Source: Deltaproteobacteria bacterium UBA6930 (GTDB taxonomy: Bacteria; Myxococcota_A; UBA9160; UBA6930). From it: a stretch of 39,173 bases of DNA. A model generated the notes under the pieces. The model ran no database searches. It saw nothing but the letters and a program-made list of their open reading frames with translations, and was not told the DNA's origin. The stretch spans positions 1 through 39,173 of the forward strand of contig DKAI01000098.1 of NCBI GenBank assembly GCA_002450755.1. The letters are read 5' to 3'. Both the position numbers and the translations under genes were made by a program. Shown here one piece after another: positions 8,807 through 17,282 of the stretch (within the stretch, counting starts at the first letter, position 1; each line of letters begins with the position of its first letter).

Positions 8807-10036
8807 ATGGCAAATATAAACGATAACTACACTAAACTTCAGGCAGGCTATCTGTTTCCCGAAATTGGAAGACGAGTTTCCGAATTCGCGACATTAAATC
8901 CCAATGCAGATGTAATCCGTCTCGGCATCGGGGACGTCACCCTTCCTCTCGCTCCGGCAATCGTTGAAGCAGTACAAAAAGCCACGATTGAGCTCGGAAG
9001 CCCTGAAGGCTTTCGAGGGTACGGACCTGAACAAGGATACGACTTTCTCCTAAATGCCATTTCCGAAAATGACTATAAAAATCGAAATATAAAAATCGAA
9101 CCTGAAGAAATTTTCGTTTCTGATGGAAGCAAACAAGATAGTGGGAACATTCAGGAGATTTTTGATGCGAATTGCAAGATTTGTGTAACTGATCCTGTTT
9201 ACCCTGTTTACGTTGATACTAACGTCATGGCCGGTAGGTCTGGTCCATCGGACTCTCTGGGCCGGTACGAGAACATAACTTACCTCTCGGCTACAGAGGA
9301 AAACAATTTTTCTCCTCTTCCCCCGAACGAGCGAGCGGATTTGGCGTACTTGTGCTCCCCAAATAATCCCACCGGTGCAGTAATGGATCACGCAGCACTC
9401 GAAGCTTGGGTTAAGTGGGCAATCAGCAATGAAGCCGTCTTGATCTTTGACGCTGCATACGACGCTTTTATCACGGACCCCTCGCTTCCTCGCTCAATAT
9501 TTGAAATCGAGGGTGCTCGAGAGTGTGCTATCGAAATGCGAAGCTTTTCGAAACGTTCAGGGTTTACTGGTTTACGTTGCGCATACACCGCAATACCCAA
9601 AGAAGTCTTCGGCTCACGATTAGACGGCTCAAAAGTTGCTCTAGGAGATCTCTGGTCCCGCAGACATTCAACTAAATTCAACAGTGTTCCTTATATTATT
9701 CAACGTGCCGCAGAGGCTACTTTTTCGAAGACTGGGCAAAAGCAAACGCGGGATCAGGTGAAATATTACATGGAAAACGCTCGAATCCTACGGGAGGGTC
9801 TTTCTAATGCAGGCTTTGGAATATTCGGAGGTGTCCACGCTCCTTACATATGGATGCAGACACCAGAAGGATTAAGTTCTTGGGATTTTTTCGATCGCCT
9901 TCTCAATCAAACCCACGTAGTAGGAACGCCAGGCGCAGGGTTCGGCTCGTCGGGCGAAGGTTACCTTCGTCTCTCGGCATTTAACTCAAGAGATAATGTC
10001 AACGAGGCAGTCTCGCGGATCGAAAACAATTTCTGA
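8807..10036 (+). CDS. dapL: LL-diaminopimelate aminotransferase
   Basis: N-terminus NDNYTKLQAGYLFPEIGRRV and the PLP-lysine block SFSKRSGFTGLR are characteristic of DapL-type class I aminotransferases. Confidence 0.9.
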   Translation: MANINDNYTKLQAGYLFPEIGRRVSEFATLNPNADVIRLGIGDVTLPLAPAIVEAVQKATIELGSPEGFRGYGPEQGYDFLLNAISENDYKNRNIKIEPEEIFVSDGSKQDSGNIQEIFDANCKICVTDPVYPVYVDTNVMAGRSGPSDSLGRYENITYLSATEENNFSPLPPNERADLAYLCSPNNPTGAVMDHAALEAWVKWAISNEAVLIFDAAYDAFITDPSLPRSIFEIEGARECAIEMRSFSKRSGFTGLRCAYTAIPKEVFGSRLDGSKVALGDLWSRRHSTKFNSVPYIIQRAAEATFSKTGQKQTRDQVKYYMENARILREGLSNAGFGIFGGVHAPYIWMQTPEGLSSWDFFDRLLNQTHVVGTPGAGFGSSGEGYLRLSAFNSRDNVNEAVSRIENNF

Positions 10037-10060
10037 GCCACGTTCAGTCATAGTAACCCG

Positions 10061-11002
10061 CTATTTCGATGCTGTTACCTTCTCGATTATTTCTGGGAGT
10101 TTTGAATGAACATCATCAGGAACTCTGAAAGTCGTCATCCAGTTCAGTACGTCTAGGTCTTCGAGTTCAACAACATTACGACCGAAGATCAGAGCCCTTC
10201 CGCGTAAAAGCTTAATAGACTTCACGAGAAAGCTGCGGTCAGTAAGAAGAGAATTGGTCTCATCACAGCCATGATCAACTACCAAGGCTCGGAAGATATC
10301 TAGTAATGAACCTTTTATACGATCCGGGACCTCCACTCTTATCAAATCCTCGTGAATCTGATCAAGTGTATCCCGGTCACAGACTGGTTTGGTAGCATGA
10401 TCTTCCTTTACAGAGCCTTCAACAAACCTGTCAATTAATGTGCGCGCGACATCACGATCCTCACCACTGATTAAGCTAGACACGCGTAGTTGCACTGCAA
10501 ACCTATCAAGGTTTGCGGGGTCAAGAGGTTCATTGTAGTACTCATCGCTCGCCGGATTGCTAGTTGCTATAGCGGTAAGTAGGGGTATGGACTCTTCACC
10601 AAATCGACGCTCATTTAGAATCTGCAAAAGGATATTCAAGGCTTCTCCTGGGGCTCGAGAAATATCGTCCAGGACGCAGACTTCTGCGGTCAAAATTCCG
10701 CCAGGTAGCGTCCTTTGATGAATCATTTCGCCCTCGCCTCCTTCAACTTTTTTCCTTTCTAACACGACGTCACCAACAATCTCAGGTAGTCGCGTATCTC
10801 GATGAAGTTGGTAAAAGAAGAATTCCAAATTAGAGGCCTGCGAGGCGACCTCAGCCATGCGCGTTTTTGCAGTACCAGGTGGTCCTTCAATATAGACATG
10901 TTCCCTGCAGACCAAGGCAAGTAAGATCGCATCTTTCGCTTCCTCGTGGCCTACCACGTGCTCATCGAGAGTATTACGAAGAGGTTCCAAACGACGATCC
11001 AT
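10061..11002 (-). CDS. RavA/MoxR-like AAA+ ATPase (stand-alone, 313 aa)
   Basis: Walker A GPPGTAKT, Walker B CVLDD followed by ISRAPGEALNILLQILNERRF, sensor-1 ATSNP, LDRF arginine and LTDR sensor-2-like motif. The ATG overlaps the upstream stop by 1 nt (TAATG). Confidence 0.85.
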   Translation of the reverse strand: MDRRLEPLRNTLDEHVVGHEEAKDAILLALVCREHVYIEGPPGTAKTRMAEVASQASNLEFFFYQLHRDTRLPEIVGDVVLERKKVEGGEGEMIHQRTLPGGILTAEVCVLDDISRAPGEALNILLQILNERRFGEESIPLLTAIATSNPASDEYYNEPLDPANLDRFAVQLRVSSLISGEDRDVARTLIDRFVEGSVKEDHATKPVCDRDTLDQIHEDLIRVEVPDRIKGSLLDIFRALVVDHGCDETNSLLTDRSFLVKSIKLLRGRALIFGRNVVELEDLDVLNWMTTFRVPDDVHSKLPEIIEKVTASK

Positions 11003-12822
11003 TAAGCAGCCTTTCTTTTTTCAATGGCAATTCGACCACCACGTTCAGGTCGTGCAGAGAAAGCAAGCCCAAGAGTCTCAAGTGAGATCCTATCCAAAAT
11101 TGGTGGAGAGGGGCCATTGCCAATAAACACCGTGTGAATCTTTACTCCCATTCGTTGCGCATCCTCCCGTTCTCTTGCAACCACAGGATCTCCAAGGACG
11201 GGCACTCCATCGGTCAACATGACGATATGATGATTCCGTCCCTGGTAATACGAGAATGCCTCCAGGGCCGATCGAAGCGCAGCCTCATAGTTGGTGCGAC
11301 CTTTCGCTCGAGCGTGTTGAGCGGAGGAGAGGAGTTGTCCATACTTTCGATGCAGAAAACTTCCCTCGATCAAGAGTGGTTCAGCCTCATGGTTAAACTC
11401 CAAGTATCCTACCCGCATACGGCGCTTTGCACCGGCCCTCACTAGAGCACTAACGACCTCTCCTGCCCACTGCGCAAAGTCTCCGTCCATCGATGCCGAG
11501 ACGTCTCTAAGTACTGCTATTACACCACCTCGATTGTACCTCTCGCGACGGAGAGCCCGAGGCATATCAGCAGAGCGCCCCTCCGCTAAAAGTAAGGTTT
11601 CTACCGGATCCGCATCCAAAATTTCATCAAACCGGTCAAGCCGATGGATGCGACGAGGCACCCCGCCTGGATCAGGCTCGGCATCTACGCCACCGCGATC
11701 GAGTCTCCCCTCGAGCGCGCGGATTAGGGCCGTTACATCTGCTTTTGCGCCTGGCCTTCTTAATCGGCGAATACTCTCTTCTTCGGGAGCATCTTCCTCG
11801 GACTCCGTCTGTGCAACCCCGCCCTGAGTCTCCGGAGGATCCCCCTCTCCTTCTACAACGATCTCGTGCTCACCTTCTTCGCCATCACTAAAGACTTGCT
11901 CTCCTTCATTAGCAGGTTGTGTAACTTCCTCCACAATAGAGGAAAAATCAGCGTCTTTAAGATCCGGTGCTCTTCTTGCCAACATGTAGCGAGCTGCTGA
12001 CAGATCCTGTTTTTCTGCTTTTTCAGATCCTCGCAAAAGCGCATGAGCTTGCAACAATCCGATACCACCTTGTGTAAGAGCTCTATCCGTGATGTCCCCA
12101 TCCCCTGCGCCCCCACTGGCAGAGTGAATCAGCTCAAGTACATCAAGCCATTGTTGTCGAATTTTCGAGGGCACTGTTATGGATTTACTTTTCTCCTGCA
12201 ACCACTGTCGCTGCTTCCTCGAGATAAACTTTGGCTCAGAGGACGTTGGATTATCGAATACTCTTCGACTACGAGTCCAATCACCCCCGAGCAACAGGCC
12301 CTGCATACGTACCTGAACGGCAAATCGGTCCAATTGACTCGGTTCGAGCGGGTCAGAGTAGATTTCTTGCGAAGGCGGAAGAGCCGTCGTTACCGCCGTT
12401 TCTAGCGGAATGACTTCTCCTCTAATCCGCCTTTCTCCGAGAATTCTTAGCAATGGGGCCAGGGCCTCACCAGGAGCTCGGGACATGTCATCGAGTATCA
12501 CTATTTGCGAAGATCTGAACGGCCCATCCACACTTTTCCGGTTGATCTGTTCACCCCCTTTAACATTCTTTCGCACAAGCACAGCTTCTCCCAAAAGCTC
12601 ATGCTCGCGCATATCTCGGTGAAAGCGGAGTGTCTTCGTCTTAGCGCCAGAAAGCTCTCCAAGACTCACTGCAAGTGCGCTTTTTCCACACCCAGGCGGA
12701 CCCTCTAAATAAGCGTGCTGCCGAGATAACAATGCGAGGGCTAATCCTACCTTGGCCATCCGTTGCCCTACTATTGTTTCATCGAGACCATCAAAAATCT
12801 TCTGTATTATCTCGCTAGACAT
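11002..12822 (-). CDS. RavA/MoxR-like AAA+ module fused through an acidic linker to a C-terminal von Willebrand A (VWA) domain
   Basis: The N-terminal ~300 aa is paralogous to the downstream 313-aa ORF (GPPGCGKS, VILDDMSRAPGEALAPLLRILGERR, LDRF, ITDR). An E/D/G/P-rich linker lies at about 11776-11931. The VWA domain has DVSASM...GRTNY...MLTDG (DxSxS..T..D MIDAS). I prefer the ATG at 12822, 1 nt after the ettA stop; the track start is TTG at 12834. Confidence 0.85.
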   Translation of the reverse strand: MSSEIIQKIFDGLDETIVGQRMAKVGLALALLSRQHAYLEGPPGCGKSALAVSLGELSGAKTKTLRFHRDMREHELLGEAVLVRKNVKGGEQINRKSVDGPFRSSQIVILDDMSRAPGEALAPLLRILGERRIRGEVIPLETAVTTALPPSQEIYSDPLEPSQLDRFAVQVRMQGLLLGGDWTRSRRVFDNPTSSEPKFISRKQRQWLQEKSKSITVPSKIRQQWLDVLELIHSASGGAGDGDITDRALTQGGIGLLQAHALLRGSEKAEKQDLSAARYMLARRAPDLKDADFSSIVEEVTQPANEGEQVFSDGEEGEHEIVVEGEGDPPETQGGVAQTESEEDAPEEESIRRLRRPGAKADVTALIRALEGRLDRGGVDAEPDPGGVPRRIHRLDRFDEILDADPVETLLLAEGRSADMPRALRRERYNRGGVIAVLRDVSASMDGDFAQWAGEVVSALVRAGAKRRMRVGYLEFNHEAEPLLIEGSFLHRKYGQLLSSAQHARAKGRTNYEAALRSALEAFSYYQGRNHHIVMLTDGVPVLGDPVVAREREDAQRMGVKIHTVFIGNGPSPPILDRISLETLGLAFSARPERGGRIAIEKRKAA

Positions 12823-12823
12823 T

Positions 12824-14500
12824 CTATACCCCAAGCCTTTTATACCTTAAACGAGTTGGAGTTGAAGCTTCATCGCCGAGACGTTTATTTTTGTCATTCT
12901 CATACTCTTGATAATTTCCCTCGAACCACTCAACGTGGCTATTGCCCTCGAAAGCTAGGATGTGGGTTGCGATGCGATCAAGAAACCAACGATCATGTGA
13001 GATAACAACCACGCATCCGGCGAATCCGAGGAGAGCGTCCTCCAGTGCCCGAAGGGTATCAACATCAAGGTCATTGGTCGGTTCATCGAGGAGGAGAACA
13101 TTACCTGCACTTTTCAAAAGTTTCGCTAACTGAAGTCGGTTTCTCTCACCGCCAGAAAGAAGGCTCACCTTCTTTTGCTGATCAGCCCCTTTAAAGCCAA
13201 ACGATCCAACATAGCTCCTCGCATTGATTTCTCTATTACCTACTTGGATACTATCGTCGCCTCCACTAATTTCTTCATATACTGTGTGCTGGCCGTCAAG
13301 GTTCTCCCTACTTTGATCGACATAAGCAATCTTGACTGTCTCCCCAATTCGAATATTTCCAGTATCTGGAGTCTCTTCGCCTACTATCATTCTAAATAAC
13401 GTTGTCTTCCCCGCACCGTTACCACCTATCACACCTACGATACCGCCAGGAGGTAAAGCAAAACTCAGGTCCTCGATAAGAAGTTGGTCACTAAATTTTT
13501 TGCTAACCGACTGGGCCTCCACTACCACATCCCCCAGGCGAGGCCCCGGCGGAATCGAAATTTCAACACTTTCAGGAAGACGTTGCTCTTCTTCGTCTCT
13601 TAGCGATTCAAACGCACTTATCCGAGCCTTACTTTTCGCCTGTCGAGCTCGCGGAGACATCCGAATCCAGTCAAGTTCTCGTTCAAGGGTTCGTTGCCTT
13701 GCACTTGCTTGTTTCTCCTCGGCAGAGAGACGGGCTTTCTTTTGTTCTAGCCAACCACTGTAATTGCCTTTATAGGGAATCCCTGCCCCTCTATCGAGTT
13801 CGAGGATCCACCCAGCTACATTGTCTAGGAAGTATCGGTCATGTGTGACCGCCACAACGGTACCCGGGTAATCTTGGAGGAAATGCTCCAACCAAGCGAC
13901 AGATTCTGCATCAAGATGATTGGTGGGTTCATCAAGGAGGAGCATATCTGGCTTCTTTAGCAGCAATTGACAAAGAGCCACCCGCCGCTTCTCGCCACCA
14001 GATAGGTTCTCTATTTTTGCATTAGGAGGGGGCAACCTAAGGGATTCCATCGCCATATCGATCGTTCGGTCAAGCTCCCAGGCTCCGAGAGCATCAATCT
14101 GGTCCTGCAGTCCTCCTTGCTCCTCTAAGAGACGTGTCATCTCTTCATCCTCTAGGGGCTCCGAGAACCGTGCACTAATCTCATTAAAGCGAGACAACAA
14201 ACTACGAGGTTCCCGCACCCCTTCTTCAACATTTCCTCTCACGTCTTTACTCACTTCCAACAACGGTTCCTGAGGGAGATATCCTATCCTTATATCGCCT
14301 ATTGCATTTGCCTCACCCAGGATATCGTCATCCAGACCGGCCATTATCCTCATGAGACTACTCTTACCGGCCCCATTTGCCCCCAAAACACCGATCTTTG
14401 CACCGGGCAGAAAGGAAAGTGTGATACCGTCGAGGATTACGCGACCTGGCTGAACCACTTTACGGACGTCCTGCATGGTAAAAACGAACTCGTGTGCCAC
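12824..14500 (-). CDS. ettA: ABC-F translation factor EttA (energy-dependent translational throttle)
   Basis: N-terminus MAHEFVFTMQDVRKVVQPGRVILDGITLSFLPGAKIGVLGANGAGKSS aligns with EttA. There are two ABC cassettes (GANGAGKS/LSGGEKRR and GGNGAGKT/LSGGERNR) and no transmembrane domain. GTG start with AGGAG upstream. Confidence 0.94.
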   Translation of the reverse strand: MAHEFVFTMQDVRKVVQPGRVILDGITLSFLPGAKIGVLGANGAGKSSLMRIMAGLDDDILGEANAIGDIRIGYLPQEPLLEVSKDVRGNVEEGVREPRSLLSRFNEISARFSEPLEDEEMTRLLEEQGGLQDQIDALGAWELDRTIDMAMESLRLPPPNAKIENLSGGEKRRVALCQLLLKKPDMLLLDEPTNHLDAESVAWLEHFLQDYPGTVVAVTHDRYFLDNVAGWILELDRGAGIPYKGNYSGWLEQKKARLSAEEKQASARQRTLERELDWIRMSPRARQAKSKARISAFESLRDEEEQRLPESVEISIPPGPRLGDVVVEAQSVSKKFSDQLLIEDLSFALPPGGIVGVIGGNGAGKTTLFRMIVGEETPDTGNIRIGETVKIAYVDQSRENLDGQHTVYEEISGGDDSIQVGNREINARSYVGSFGFKGADQQKKVSLLSGGERNRLQLAKLLKSAGNVLLLDEPTNDLDVDTLRALEDALLGFAGCVVVISHDRWFLDRIATHILAFEGNSHVEWFEGNYQEYENDKNKRLGDEASTPTRLRYKRLGV

Positions 14501-14610
14501 TAGACCATTAATCTCCTGCCTTCAACGGACGACGAGTTTATCGGTTTATAAAGACTCGTGCTCTGCAAAGAATTGCTTTGATGTTAAAAGTTTCTTAAAA
14601 CCTAACTTTC

Positions 14611-16773
14611 ATGGCTAAACCTCTCACGACCTATCGTAGCTGTAACCTTTGCGAGGCGCATTGTGGCATTACCGTCACTTCCGATCCAGAAGAAGGAATC
14701 ATAGAGACAATCCGAGGAGATATAAAAGATCCTATGAGTAAGGGGTACATATGTCCAAAAGCATATGGACTAAAAGGGATCTACGAAGACCTTGACCGCT
14801 TGCGAACTCCACTAATCAGACGTGGGAATAGCTTCGAGGAAGCGAGCTACGAGGATGCTCTTGATTTAGCCGCCTCGGGTCTAATGGAAGTGAAAAGAAA
14901 CTTCGGAGCGAACGCTATCAGCACGTACCTGGGAAACCCCAACATCCACGATTTTGGGTCAATGATCTATCACCCACCGCTTCAACGAGCCCTTGGAACC
15001 AAGTGGCGATTTTCCGCGACTAGCATTGACAACTTACCTAAAAGCTTGAGTACGTCGTTAATGTTCGGTACTTCGACCCCAGCCGTACCTGATATCGATC
15101 GAACCGATTTTTTCCTAATAATCGGAGCCAACCCTATTGTCTCCAATGGTAGCCTCGTCACCGCACCAGATTTCAAGAGACGTATTGAGTCCCTCCAAAA
15201 ACGAGGAGGAAAACTAATAGTCATTGATCCCCGCAGAACAGAGACGGCAGATATAGCGGACATGCATTTTCACATCAGACCAGGCGGAGATGCTTTTCTT
15301 CTTCTTGCCATACTGAATACATTATTCGCCGAAGACCGTATCAATTTGGGTCGCCTGAAGAATCACGTTTGTGGACTAGAGACGATAGAAAATCTGTCTC
15401 GCGAATTCCCACCTGATAAAGTTGCGTCAGCAATAGGATTAAGCGAATTCGAAATCAAAGATCTTGCTCGGCGCTTTTCAAAAGCTCGGAGTGCTGTTTG
15501 TTACGGAAGGATGGGGACAACTGCACAACGCTTTGGAACAATTACAAGCTGGCTTATTGATGTATTGAACCTCGTCACGGCAAATTTCGACGAGTTCGGT
15601 GGCTCGATGTTCGCAAAAACGGCACACGAAAACACTGAAAGGCAACGACCTCCGGCGTTCGGACGATGGCGAAGCCGAGTTAGTCAACTTCCTGAGTTCG
15701 CAGGAGAGCTTCCCTTAGCGACTTTGGCCGAGGAAATTGACACTCCTGGAGAAGGTCGTGTTCGCGCGTTACTGACCATTGCCGGAAACCCTCTTCTTTC
15801 TGCCCCCAATTCCGCTCGGCTCCAGGAAGCAATCAAGTCACTCGATTTTATGGTCTCCGTAGACCTCTACCTAAACGAAACTACCCAGCATGCCAACGTG
15901 ATACTTCCTACTACCACTTCACTGGAGAGAAGCAATTACGGATTCGTCGCTCATGGTCAGAGCACCCGAAATTTTGCAAAACTTTGCATGGAATCGATAC
16001 CCGCACAAGATAACTTGCTGCATCCTTGGCAGGTTGCACTCGAACTCGGCGCGCGCTTGAGAGGTCAGACTCCAGAAGAAATCGATGAAGAAATGTTTAC
16101 ACAACTTTGTCGAAGTCGGAATATAAAACCAGATCCCGACAAAACTAATCTAATCGGCCCTGAACGCCATCTAGATATTTTTCTTAGAAGCGGCTTTTAT
16201 TCCAGTGCTGAGCCCTTCACTCTAGAAACTCTCAAAGCGAATCCGCATGGAGTTGACCTCGGTGCATTAATGAGAAGGCTTCCAGAAATGATCGCAACTT
16301 CAAGCGCTAAGATTGAACTTGCTCCAGATATCTTGTTAAAAGATTGTGATCAACTAAGGGAACGCCTGAAATCGTCTTCCGATCGTTTTGTATTAATAGG
16401 CAGACGACACTTACGATCCAACAATTCATGGTTTCATAATATCCGAAGCCTCGCAAAAGGACCTCAACGGTGCACTCTTCAGGTTCACCCCGAAGATGCG
16501 CGGGCTCTAAAACTTACTAACGGGGATTTAGCAATTATCGAATCTCGAGTAGGTAAAGTCAAAGCTCCTGTAGAACTGACCGAGAAATTAATGCGCGGGG
16601 TAGTGAGCTTGCCACATGGCTACGGGCATGGAGAGACAAGTACAAAACTGAGCGGAGCAAAAGTATTTCAGTCCGGAACGAACGTGAATGTGATTAGTGA
16701 TGACAAGTGGCGCGACTTGACCTCCGGTAATGCTGCCTTCAATGGAATTTTCGTATCTATTTCTGCGCAATAA
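14611..16773 (+). CDS. Cytoplasmic molybdopterin (bis-MGD) oxidoreductase of the formate/nitrate-reductase superfamily, substrate unknown
   Basis: N-terminal 4Fe-4S motif CNLCEAHCG...CPKA. No twin-arginine signal. The length (720 aa) and the C-terminal MGD-binding-like beta-barrel block (IESRVGKV...SLPHGYGH) fit the family. There is no in-frame stop codon. Confidence 0.82.
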   Translation: MAKPLTTYRSCNLCEAHCGITVTSDPEEGIIETIRGDIKDPMSKGYICPKAYGLKGIYEDLDRLRTPLIRRGNSFEEASYEDALDLAASGLMEVKRNFGANAISTYLGNPNIHDFGSMIYHPPLQRALGTKWRFSATSIDNLPKSLSTSLMFGTSTPAVPDIDRTDFFLIIGANPIVSNGSLVTAPDFKRRIESLQKRGGKLIVIDPRRTETADIADMHFHIRPGGDAFLLLAILNTLFAEDRINLGRLKNHVCGLETIENLSREFPPDKVASAIGLSEFEIKDLARRFSKARSAVCYGRMGTTAQRFGTITSWLIDVLNLVTANFDEFGGSMFAKTAHENTERQRPPAFGRWRSRVSQLPEFAGELPLATLAEEIDTPGEGRVRALLTIAGNPLLSAPNSARLQEAIKSLDFMVSVDLYLNETTQHANVILPTTTSLERSNYGFVAHGQSTRNFAKLCMESIPAQDNLLHPWQVALELGARLRGQTPEEIDEEMFTQLCRSRNIKPDPDKTNLIGPERHLDIFLRSGFYSSAEPFTLETLKANPHGVDLGALMRRLPEMIATSSAKIELAPDILLKDCDQLRERLKSSSDRFVLIGRRHLRSNNSWFHNIRSLAKGPQRCTLQVHPEDARALKLTNGDLAIIESRVGKVKAPVELTEKLMRGVVSLPHGYGHGETSTKLSGAKVFQSGTNVNVISDDKWRDLTSGNAAFNGIFVSISAQ

Positions 16774-17239
16774 TATCCAAAGCTTTTTTAAACTCTGACC
16801 TATTCGCAACCCAAGTAGAGTATTTAGAAATGCTTAGCTTGATAGCTGTCGGAGTCCCAAGAAATGTTTCAGTTTGTGAGTACTGGGAATACTTCTTCTG
16901 GAGCAAACCCTCTAACTCTTTTCTTAAATCTAGATTATCATCAAGTGATACAATCGAAGCAATGGCTTCAATCCTCAACCACCAAAGTCGATTCCAATTT
17001 TCTTCATAGTGATCTAGCAGTAGGCTAACATTTGGGTGCAATCGTATTTGTTCCAAACGACTTAATCTATGACTTCGTTTCGGCTTTCCATCAATAGGTG
17101 ACCAAAGCCCCGAAGAGTTCCGAACAAAAACGATAGGTATTTGACGGGGGCGATCTAGTTCGTCGATAGTAGCAAGCCTCGCGACGGGCCACTTCTCAAG
17201 GATCGTTTCAGCTTCACTTGAAGAAATGCGATTCACCAT
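16757..17239 (-). CDS. PPOX-class (pyridoxamine-phosphate-oxidase-like) split-barrel flavoprotein, resembles the putative F420-dependent Rv0121-type subgroup
   Basis: VARLATIDELDRPRQIPIVF, IDGKPKRSHRLSRLEQIRLHPNVSLLLDHYEENWNRLWWLRIEA. The 3' end overlaps the convergent molybdoenzyme gene by 17 nt. Confidence 0.65.
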   Translation of the reverse strand: MVNRISSSEAETILEKWPVARLATIDELDRPRQIPIVFVRNSSGLWSPIDGKPKRSHRLSRLEQIRLHPNVSLLLDHYEENWNRLWWLRIEAIASIVSLDDNLDLRKELEGLLQKKYSQYSQTETFLGTPTAIKLSISKYSTWVANRSEFKKALDIIAQK

Positions 17240-17282
17240 AATAGAATAGAGGGAGTCTCATCACTAACAATCTTTTTTGTAA

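Noticed and set aside
10061-12834. Reading the AAA / AAA-linker-VWA pair as genuine Mg-chelatase bchI/bchD (or cobS/cobT).
   Set aside because: The architecture matches, but the motifs are RavA/MoxR-style (GPPGxxKS/T, LDDxSRAPGE...LNERRF) rather than the BchI style as I recall it. No H/CobN subunit or tetrapyrrole genes are nearby. I kept it as an analogy only.
14611-16773. Selenocysteine (in-frame TGA) in the formate-dehydrogenase-like molybdoenzyme.
   Set aside because: The ORF is uninterrupted over 720 codons, and no SECIS-like interruption is needed. The region where a Mo ligand is expected reads RFSATSIDN with no stop codon.
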